Positions 49,100-61,000 of a DNA stretch of 64,000 nt are shown here, piece after piece (positions within the stretch are counted from its first letter, which is position 1; each line of letters starts with the position of its first letter). The stretch is taken from NCBI GenBank assembly GCA_951406725.2, contig OX597831.1:51398001-51462000 (forward strand). Reading direction: 5' to 3'. Source of the stretch: Octopus vulgaris (Eukaryota). A model generated the notes under the pieces. That model had not been told where the DNA came from and did no database searches. It saw nothing but the letters and a program-made list of their open reading frames with translations. The position numbers and the translations under genes were made by a program.

Positions 49100-52000
49100 C
49101 TGTTGACAAGAAATTTGAATGAATGAAACAGAGCCAGCTTTAATAAACATGGTATTTCTTTTCTCATTTGTTATTATCATATTTATACTAAAATGAAACA
49201 AAGTTGTATATCGTATAAACTACTATTATGGTACTGTCTATTGTCTTTACAGTGCTCAGGTGTGTGTGTGTGAGTGTTCTTTTATTTGTTTCAGCCATAC
49301 AGTCGCGATCATGCTGGAGTACCACTGTATGTATATATTTTTAACCCTTTCATTACCATCCCGACTGAAACCGCCCTTGGCTCTAAGTACAAATATCTTG
49401 TTTTCATAAGCTTTGAATTAAAATATACCACCAAACCTTAGTCACAATTTATGTCCCTAACGCTAGCTGAATGATAACTAAGTTATTTTACTAAATTCTT
49501 TGTTATATTTAAATTAATTGAAAGAAACACAGAGCATCTCAAAATGAATACAGTAACGAAAGGGTTAATGGCTGAATCAGAAGTAAAAGGGTTGTGCCTA
49601 TATTTGCTAGGTAGAACTGAAGAAGAAAGAAGACAAAAGATACAGGAGTGTTACTGCAATAGGATGCTGCAATACATTAAGACTTCAAATTATCTTGTTA
49701 CTAGAGACCTGTTCCAAACATACTTGCAACAGAGTGGATTGCATTAAATAGTGCATAAGAAACAGACTGTAGTGTTAAAACAGATACAGTATGGTAGGTT
49801 TCTGCTTAGTTTCTATATTTACAATTTCATTCACAATGTGCTTAACCCAAGGCTATGGTAGAAGAGGATACATCACTGTTTTTAATCACACCTCAGTGTA
49901 ATGACATTCATCTATGACACTTTGATTTAAAAAAACCTTTGTAGATACAATACAGAAAAGTGGTTGGTAGTGGTGGTGGTGTTAATAATAGTAGCATTAA
50001 GTGTTGTAATGGCAATAGTAGCAGTAGTAATAGTACTTATTGGACAAAGTGTTAGACCAAATCAAAGTGCCTACACTCAATAGAAAACTATTTAAAGGTG
50101 CTGTACAGAAGAATTGAAACTGGAACCACGTGCTTACAAAGCAAACTTCACAGCTATACAGCTGTTTATGGCTGCATTCAACAAAAGTTACCATATGTGG
50201 TGACATATTAGATGTATCTTAATTTCAGCAGTGCTTATGCAGGAAGCATTAAAGCAAGTAATATTTAAAGCAATCTAAAGGCAATGAGCTGCCAGAATCG
50301 TTAGCACACCAGGCTAAATGATTAGTAGCATTTTGTTAATTTTCACATTTTGAGTTCAAATTCTGCCAAGGTCTACTTTTGGGAGTCAATAAAATAAGTA
50401 CCAGTTGAGTACTGGGGGGTCGGTGTAATCAGCTTACTCACTACCATGAAATTACTACCCTTCTTTCAAAATATTTGAAGCAATGCTGTATATAGAATTC
50501 AGGTTGATTTTTCTTTCTTGAGACATTTAAAACAAAAATAAAAAAGTGTTTTACATGCCAATTAAATGTTGTAATTCAATTTTTGTGTCCTCAAAGAGAT
50601 AACAGTAAATGTGACGGGACATGAACTTATAACATAAATACAAAAGGTAGTAAATAATTTTGTATTATTTTGTATATAATTTTGTAAATACCTCTAGCAT
50701 TTCCTCTTCTTCATCTCTAAAATCTGCAAGTGGAACGAATTTCTGTGGTTGTTGTTGTGGTTGTTGATCTTCTTTACGAGATGTGTTGCTTGGTTGAGCA
50801 GGATGGGACACTTGGCTGCTTTCTGCAGGGAAATGAGACTGTATAGGCGGTAACAAATCCAGTAGAGAAGAGGGCTGGGTGACAGTGTTAGATTGTACTG
50901 GGACTGGAGTTGTTGTAGGTGTAGCAGAAGGTGATGAATGGCGATGGGGCTGAGAGAGTGCAGCTGGACTGTTGTGGGGTTGTTGGTGCTGCAAATGTGA
51001 TAACCCACCAACACTTGATGGTGGTACAGAGCTCTGAGTAAGACCCATAGTTAGCTGTGATGGAGTAGCAACTACAGGCGTTGGACCAGCAGTTGAGTGT
51101 AGAGGTGGTAACTGATTTTGCACCAGCGACTGGAAAGAGGGCACGTGCGAGTGCTGAGAGTGTGTAAGCTGAGACGGGACACCAGGTACACTTTGTAACG
51201 GCATAGATGCATCCATCTGAACTTTGTGTGGTTGCCGTCGTGGTGACATAGAAGGAATCTGCGGGTGAGATTGTGGCAGTTGTTGTAATGGTTGTTGTTG
51301 TTGCTGCTCCATTAAAGGCAAGTTTTGCTGTGCTTGAGACACACAAGTTTGAGGTAAAAAGTCTGACTGCCTGGTATGAGACACATGAAGAGACGAAGGA
51401 AATGAAGGTGAGGACTGCACAGAATGTAGCACTTTAGAAGGATCCTGAGGAAGGGTAGTTTGACCTGTTTGCTGATTAGACTGTACTAAATGTGGAGCTG
51501 ATGATGGCAGATGCACTGTTGACATTGATGCAACACCAGGAATGCTTTCATGCTTATCATCTGTCCTTGAAATTGGATTTACCACAGGTGATACAGTACT
51601 TACAGACATTTTGTCATTAGACTTGTTAACTAGTCCTTCCGTTACTGATGTCTCACCTGTACTGTCTTTGACTCCACTAGTAACCTTTGAACACACAGCC
51701 TCACTGGCTGCATCAGTTGTTGGAATACTATTCCGTTGTTCAGTGGATTTCTTATCTTCTGAATTTGGCATCAATCGGTCCACAGCAGCAACAGTGGCTG
51801 ACCGATGTGCAATGCTGTGGGACATTGTGTCAGTGATGCTTTTGTCCTGTGTCATTCCACTTGATACATCTCCAGTGAGAGGAGTAACAGTATTCAGCGG
51901 AGACCATATTTGGGCATCTGATTTTATTTCAGTTCCTTCTACAGATGCCACCTTTGCATCCTCCGTGTTGGAAGTAGCTGACTTGGAGTTATCTCGGGAT

Positions 52001-55000
52001 GGATCTTCAATAGTTGCTCCAGCAGCTGTTGAATTGTCTAAAGTACTGTCCACTTTGTCTAAAGAATTAACATTCTCTTTATTTTCTTGTTCCGGTTTTC
52101 CTTCAGCTAGGGGAATTGAAAGAAAACATTAGAATTCAAAGCAAAACATCAAATTTAAACAATATATTTAAAACAGAGTATTTTCTATTTGAAATGGTGA
52201 AATGGGACACTCATCTCTAAATATTAATACAAAATTAGCTTTCCTTAGTCATATGCGATTTGAAGGTAATTTGGCTGCTATTTCCAACAGCTTAAGCAGC
52301 AGCATAGAGGTTTCCTCATTTTACAATACTGATATAGGTCTCAATGGTCTGCAATAAAAACCATTCCATAAAATCTGCATTTGGTTCCCTTTCACAAACT
52401 TTTAAATTCACATCAAACTGTTCAGTGAACCATTGGTAGCAGACAGACACGCTTACAACCAAATAACAAACTTAAAACCCATTCCCATTTTAGTGTCTAA
52501 TCATCTAAGATATTGATTGATACTCAAACCCTTTCAATACAATATTCTAACTAAAAAAAAAGGCATCAAGCTGGCAGAATTGATAGCACACGGCAAAATG
52601 TTTAGTAGCATTTTGTCCATCTTTACGATTTGTGCTCAATTCCACGAAGATAGACTTTATCCTTTTGTGGTTGATAAAATAAGTACCAGTTCAGTTCTGG
52701 GTTTGATATAATCAACTTACACCCTGCCCCAAACTTGCTGGCCTTGTGCCGAAATTTGAAACCAATATTTCTAACTATAATACCCCATCTTCTCTGTGTT
52801 TCATTTAGATTGTTTCACTGTAACTGTTTTTTGTTCGAAGTGGTGATTCAAACACAGCATAAACAAAATTCTCGAATAATCTATTATGAATTTTTTTGCT
52901 GCTAAACCACTATAGTTACTTGTAAATTAGACACTGATATTAAAACTGATGTAAATATCACTGAGTAAAACGAGTTATTTGTTTATTATATGCCCATTAT
53001 TACATTTATGATAAAAAAAAGGACCTTAATTTTATCTTGTTTGTCCTTGTCCTTTGCTTACAATTTCTTTGTCAATTAGCCACCACTTGAATTGCAGTAA
53101 ACAAAAGCAAATAGTCAATGGGGATGACTGACTGCATCCATTATTTTTTTGAAAATATTGGAAGAGAAATATGTAATAAGTTTTCCACTATATTCTCTCT
53201 CTGGAAATCAACACTTTCACAAGCGCATTCAAAAACTGAAACACTTGGATTAAAGTCCATGAGGTATGCTGCAGTTGAGAACCATTCAACATCAAATTTT
53301 CTAATGCAACAGCTAAAAGCTTATATAATTTTATATAATTTTTTTAAAAAAATGGATACGGTGTTACACAACAGGGAAAAAATTGATTTGAGAAAAATAA
53401 AAATAGCAAAAAAATTCCAAGAACATAAAATTCACAAAATAAAAATGACAGATGGTGGGTGTACAGCAAATGTTTAATAAAATTTGTGGTTATCACTAAT
53501 ACAGGAATAAAATTTATGTCAATATTTTGATTTAACAAAGCTAGTGAGCTGGCAGAATCATAGCATGCCAAAATGCTTATTCTTTTTGTCTACATTTTAT
53601 AAGTCTTCGAGTTGGACTCTTTGCTTGCTAAGGCTATACACTTCAAATGGGCAAAAAAAGAACCCTGTGCTGTTGAAAATTTCACAGTACTTAAAATCCT
53701 ATTTAGGTGAAAATGTCTTTAATTCCCATTATCTCATAGCTTTGAGATTTTAATATGCTTGTTTAATTTTAGAATGACATTGTAAGGTAGGTATGAGGTC
53801 AGATCTGGTCAGTATGACCATAAAACAGGTAGAATATTTGGGTAATATATGGCCGGTTTAAATATGAACCGCCAAATCTGGGTGGTTTCCAGTTAATTTC
53901 ACTATTTTGCAACCAATGAAAGGTGAAAGGGTTAATCAATCCACCACTCCCTTAGGTAAAATATTAGGGTGAGATAGGACAGGTTTAAATATGAATAGGG
54001 GAATCTGGGTGGTCTCCAGTATTTTGGAATCTTGTAACCACATGTAGTGGTAATGAAAGGTGAAAGGATTAACTAAATCACTATACCTTTAATTACCATT
54101 ACACTGATAAAAAATATTTTAAAAACAATACCAATATTACCTGGTTTTATCTCATTTTCTTTGTTTTCTTTGTCTTTTCGATCCCGTTCCTCTTTTTCTA
54201 ACTGTTTTTTAAATTCAGCAGTTTCTCGATTAAATACCTTAAATATAGAATTGAGAAAATTTGTTTTTAATGTAATACAGAATCAGAGTATAAGGAGTTC
54301 CTCCACCACCTTTTTTTTAAAATATGAATGAGCATTAACGATGTAATTTTCAAACACTTGTCTGAAATGCATTTCAATCTTCTTATAATTTCAACAATTA
54401 TTTAAAAATAATGTAGAAATTATAAGAAGAGTGAAGTGCATTTTTACATATCAGATTTATTCTGTCAAATGTAATGTTTATTAATTTGTATTTTTTTTTT
54501 TTTTTTACTTGTTTCAGTCATTTGACTGCAGCCATGCTGGAGCACCACCTTTAGTCGAGCAAATCGACCCCGGGACTTGTTCTTTGTAAGCCCAGTACTT
54601 ATTCTATCGGTCTCTTTTGCCGAACCGCTAAGTGACGGGGACGTAAACACACCAACATCGGTTGTCAAGCAATGCTAGGGGGACAAACACATACACACAA
54701 ACACACACATATATATATATATATATATACGACAGGCTTCTTTCAGTTTCCGTCTACCAAATCCACTCACAAAGCATTGGTCGGCCCGAGGCTATAGCAG
54801 GAGACACTTGCTCAAGATGCCACGCAGTGGGACTGAACCCGGAACCATGTGGTTGGTTAGCAAGCTACTTACCACACAGCTACTCCTGCGCCTATTGGAG
54901 TATAAGGAGTTATTGTTTTGAATAATCATATATTATCTCATACCTTTGAGATTTCAATGATGTGACTGTATATTTTTAGAATGACATCGTAGGGTATGTG

Positions 55001-58000
55001 TAAAAGGACATATTTTGACAGTTTGAACATAAAACAAAATATCTGGGTCAGAATTGGTTGGTTTAAATGGTAATGGGTTAAATAACTTCAAGATTCCAAT
55101 TTCACTCTTGGTTCTATGATACAAGTTTCCTGTTTTAACCCTGTAGCATTTAGATTCCTCTGTCAAATTTAATGCTTATTTATCCACAAGGTTTTGAATT
55201 AATCATGCATTATCTCATAGAGTTGAGATTTTGATGATGTGATTGTTTATTTTTAAAATTACATTGTAGGGTAGGTATGAGAGGCTGGATCTGGCCATTT
55301 CAAACATAAAACAGGTGGAATATTTGGGTTGGCTATGGCTGGTTTAAATGCAAAAGGGTTAAAGTGATCTAAATTAAAACCATCCTTCAAAATTTCACAT
55401 TAATTTGTATTCCAAACACTGATTTAACAATGACAAAGTTATTTTACTAAACTCCTCATTTTAAGAATTAAACGAAACATAACTAGCATATTCCAACAGA
55501 AAAATGGTAAAAATTCACTATATACGATTAGATTACTTTGTTTCTTTAATGAAACACTTTCAAAAAACAGTTCTGCCGGTATTTTTAGTAACTATGGTAA
55601 ACATGTGCATACTCACTCACTCATAAATACATTTCTATATATATAAACGGCAAAATGTGTGTGTGTGTGTCCTTTATACAAATCCACAATTTTTCAGTTA
55701 GAGGGCTCGCACTTTCTATGGTCATTCAAAACTGTCCAAGAGTGGTCATGCACATCTTTACATTTCCCCAGTCACCCCTCAAAGCCATTAAAAAATCAAC
55801 AGAAGTGACTTTTTTGTGAATTTTCTATCCAAAACCCAATCAAAATGCCCGAAACTTGATACACCAATTGTTTGCCAGGTCATAGTGCTAGTCTGTTATA
55901 AAATTTATTTTTTATCTAAGTTGTGAAAATAAAGTCAATATATTACCTGTGAGAAAGATTCTCCTTCAGCAACCATAAAAAGATTTTTGAATTTGTGGTA
56001 AATAACTTCGGCTTTTTTCTTTATCTTCTCACTACCTTTATATTTTCTAATCTATAGAAAAAAATCAATGCAAAAATGAAAAATGCAAAAATACCAAGTG
56101 CATTTATAAAATGATCAATTTAAGCATCACACTTTACCAAAAATAGTATAGTAGAAACAATGTAAAATAAAACGCAATAACAAAAATGCATAGAAAGAAC
56201 ATAAATTTGCTAGGTTCTGAATTGAATTTGTGGATTAATCATTCATTTTAGTTAATCATTTGAGAGAATTAAAAAATGTCCAAAATATAACTTGAAATTT
56301 CATAAAGAGGCAAGTAAATTATAATCTACTCTAATGTAATATTTGTTAAGAGAGAAATAGACAGACAGAGAATATAGAATGCATAAAAACCATATAGCTC
56401 GTTACTTTAATAATTAAAATTCCTTGCTTGTTTGAACTATACAAATCAGGCAAGCAGCTGACAATTCCCAGCTTTCTTGCCTTTGTTATTTTGAATATAT
56501 ATGCATAAATGCTAAAATTTTAAAAAAAGTTGTATATAAAAGTACAATCATAATAGATTAAGTTTTGAACATTTTTGAATGTCAAAAAACGTATAACCCA
56601 TTGTAATTTAACCATGTTGCCAACTTAGAGAAAAAAATCCATTTATTTACAACCATTTAACAACTATGTAATTTTTTGCTTGATAAGAGGTAAAAATGAA
56701 AATAAATTTACTGTTGATTAAGGGTAAAACCATTAGAAAACAAACACATTTCCAATAATATACCTTTTGACTAAGTTCAAAATGTAACAGTTTGAGTCCA
56801 CTAAAAATAAAGAAAATATTAGACCTTGCATTTTACCTTTTTTATGGTATTCATTATATCGGGATTCTTTTTCAACATGATTTGTGTGACAGGCAAAGCT
56901 TCTAAGTCTTCCATAATAGCAATACATTTATCAACATCCTGCAATACAAAGTACATTAACATTATTCCCAAATGCATATGGCAAATAAACTTTGTCTTAT
57001 GGCATGCTTTTTACATATTAAAACATACATCTTCTAATGCAAGAGCACTGATTCACAGATATTTGGTCCCACAAGATAACAAGTATTGGTTTGTTTAAAT
57101 CACTATAACTTAGAGGTTCAGCAAAAATGAGACTGACAGAATAGGTACTAAAAATAAAAAAAAACACGGGTCAATTTGATCAACTACACTTTTTGAAGTG
57201 GTGCTTCAGTCTAATGACTAAATATAGTAAAAAGAGTAATAGTGATATATGCTGAAAACGTCATTCAGAAGAAAAAGTATAATTTAGATCATTCTTTTTA
57301 AAGTTTGGAAAATTTAATATAGAAAATAATTAAGCTAGTGCAACTGTCACCAAATCCTGAACTGCACTTAAGCACCATTTGAATAGTGTTTGTTATTTAC
57401 GGTTGAAAACTAGGACTAAGCGTTCTTAAATCAAATCAACCTCAGTTTAATCACCATTTTAGAACGAACTTCCTTGTTTGCGCCATATCTGCCTGATTAG
57501 TTTTTTGTGTTTTAGTGAGTGGAATTTCTCCACATTTTTCTTAATTTGATTTTTGAGCATTGTGGAAGTTATGGTTAATACCTTAAAAGGTGAGTAAGAA
57601 ATTGGCGAAATTTATTCATGATTTTATTTATTATTAATTTAGAAAGCCTGGACTTGGAGAAAATAATTAGGGATATCAGATTTTATTGGTCCTGAGCAGG
57701 AGTGGAGTTATCGTGAAGTTGACATTGCATCAATACTTTCATTAGTGAATGGTAAGGATAAAATAAAACAAAAATGAAAAAAAAAAAAAAATACAACAGA
57801 AAACAGCTTACTGATATTTTAAAAGCAGAGTCTCAGTATATTTATTGGTGGAATTATGAGGAGAATAATCATTGTAATAAGAGTAAATAACATTATTTTA
57901 CTGGGTCCAACAGAATTTTTGAAGGGAGGAGATGAAAAGCTTCTTTTGAATGGGAGATGTGCAGCTTCCAAGAGATTAACAAGAGCACAAAGTCAGCTCT

Positions 58001-61000
58001 GAGACAGGAAATCAATGCCCAGGAATTGATATATTGTAGCAAATTTCATTCAAATTAATGCAATAGCTTATATTTTTATAACTAACTGCAATTTCATACA
58101 AAACCTCTAGTTTCTAACAGGATTGGAAGAATTATAGAGGGAAAGAACTATACAGATCTCTTGCTGCAATTGGCTTTGCAGATGGTTAAAAGAGACATTT
58201 TTGTATATACAGACAGTTAATGAAATTTTAGTCTCTGAATCTGTGTGGTTTCTCCAAAATCAGCAGCCAAATGAATCTATTCTAAGGATCACTACAGATT
58301 TAGTCACAGCTCTTTTGTGGCTTAGTTAGAATAAGAACAAGGAAGCTTAGCCAACTAATGCATTTTGTGTAGGCAGTGAAGGACCTGTGCTGCTTATGAT
58401 TTGACTGAAATATAAACCATGTATTGCTCAATACGTATACACAAACAAAACTTTCCTCAGTTTTAGAAAATTAGAAAGGACAGCAACAATAGACATATAT
58501 ATATACATACTTACTGTTTTATCAATTTGAAGAGATTTTTTAATTTCATTATCCATTTGTATCAAAGTAGATTCAGTTTGTAAAACTGGAATAAACAAAA
58601 CATTCTGTTAAAAATGGTCTTGAAATATAAAAAAAATAAAAAATAAATAAAAATGAAAAAAGCAAGCAGTCAACACTGCAAAAATACAAAAGAAACAGAA
58701 ATATCTATTTTTATTCAAACAGGTAAAAAATAAATGATTGGCTGTTACCAGCCTCCCCTGGCACCTGTGCCGGTGGCACGTAAAAAGCACCCACTACACT
58801 CACGGAGTGGTTGGCGTTAGGAAGGGCATCTAGCTGTAGAAACACTGCTGGATCAGACTAGAGCCTGGTGCAGCCTTCTGGCTTCCCAGATCCCCGGTCG
58901 AACCGTCCAACCCATGCTAGCATGGAAAACGGATGTTAAACAATGATGATGATGAGTGATAGTTGTGTAATTAAGATGCATCATAACCCAATGGACTGTT
59001 GCAAAAGTGCAGAAGACTTATATCTTCATAGTATATCAAAGACAAGCTAGATGGATACAGTCCATCAGTCACCAACTCCATGGTAGTGAGATTAGCATAG
59101 CATGTCAAAACAATCTTTTTTTGTGCGTGTTTGTGTTGCTGATGCTTACAGCTGTGAATTGTCTCTCTTAATTCAAAGCAAAGCATTTATATAGAGAAAG
59201 AACAGTACTGGTGACAAGACAAGAACAACAGACTTCTGTCCTATAGGCTGGCAATTTATTGACTAAACCAGCTAATACTCATAGATAAACAGTTCCTTAC
59301 AATTAAAGGAGTCACTAAAGATTTACTGCTGTTTCTCATTCCCTACAGATTTATAAAGAATCAAAAGCTAATAAATCTTTTTATTTTTTTTATTTTTGAC
59401 CTTTTTCCTTTTCTATTCAACATTACCCCAACATTGAAAATTGTAAATCTTTATATCAGAAGAGTGGATGTTAAATTAAATTCAACCAAATTAGTTTAGC
59501 TCCTGTTCATTTAACTCTTCTTTAACCCTTTAGCAATCAGACTATTATGAGGTAACTTAATTTTTAGAATGATATTGTAGGGTAGGTGTGAGAGGCCAGA
59601 TCTAGCCAGTTTGAATATAAACAAGGTAGTCTATTTTGGCCAAATATAGCTAGTTTAAATGCTAAAAGGTTAATTTACACACAACTAGTTAAACCAATCA
59701 GATAACAAGTTAGGTGATATTCTCACATTGAATTTTTTCTTTTTTCTTCTTTTCAAACTTTTCTTTCTTTTTTCTTTCTTTTTCTTCTTCTTTATCGTGC
59801 CTGAAAGCAGACAAAAAAAAATATAAAAATATAAAAATGAATAAATACAAAAGAATTTTGGAAATTGCAAAGAACATGAACCTAGATTCAAATCATGAAA
59901 TTTTGATCAAAGGTGAGGGAGTTTTAAAAACTTCAGGATAATTATAGATAGGGAAATAACACAATATCGGTGACAAGATAGGAATCATAGAGCATTGACC
60001 CAGAAGCTTGCAGCTTATTGTCTCAGCCAGCTAAAAAATTCTTGGAGTAAGTAATTAATAATCAAATAATTTAATAACATAAAATATTAGTATCAACATT
60101 TGGATAAACAGTATAAGGAAAATAAAGCAATGTTGCCCAGTATGGAAAAGAAACAATATTTCTGGTCAAGTTTACATTAATTTCACTAAATCCACAAGTG
60201 ATTCTGTAACTCACACAAAAAGTACTCATGGTTGGTAACAATGATTTACACACAGACACACACACACACTCTATCAGTCTCTATCCCTTTGACTTTTTAG
60301 ACAGGTGCAATAAAATATTTAGAGAAAAAGTCTACAACTGGTATTCCATTGTCTTTCTCTGTCAAATAAATTAACATGAATTTTGAGGGTTAAACCTGTT
60401 CAGTTATGTTCCAAACACTAGCTTCATTACTTTCAAAATGGTTTGAAGCTAAGACAGAGTTAATCTCTGCATTTAATCAAAACCACTGGCTAACAACAAA
60501 TTCAATTTTGGGTCTCTTTCTCTTTACTCTTTTACTTGTTTCAGTCATTTGACTGCGGCCATGCTGGAGCACCGCCTTCAGTCGAGCAAATCGACCCCAG
60601 GACTTATTCTTTGTAAGCCTAGTACTTATTCTATTGGTCTCTTTTACCGAACCGCTAAGTTACGGGGACATAAAAACGCCAGCATCAGTTGTCAAGCACT
60701 GTTGGAGGGACAAACACAGACACACAAACATATACATGCACACATACATATATACAACGGGCTTCTTTCAGTTTCCATCTACCAAATCCACTCACAAGGC
60801 CTTGGTCGGCCCGAGGCTATAGTAGAAGACATTTGCCCAAGGTGCCACACAGTGGGACTGAACCTAGAACCATGTGGTTAGTAAGCAAGCTACTTAACAC
60901 AGCCACTCCTGTGCTTGCCATAAACAATCGAAAGTACTTTGAAACATGCCACTTTTCCACAAAAAATTAATGCAAAGAATACACAAAGGGAAATGAATAC

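Noticed and set aside
50665-50691. ORF 50665..52053 as a standalone single-exon gene ending VFTKLYTK
   Set aside because: It starts at GTG inside an exon with an in-phase acceptor at 52107; a donor at 50691 joins in frame to the terminal exon.
51542-52132. 196-aa + ORF (also 62398..62850 and 60939..61322)
   Set aside because: They are antisense shadows of real minus-strand exons.
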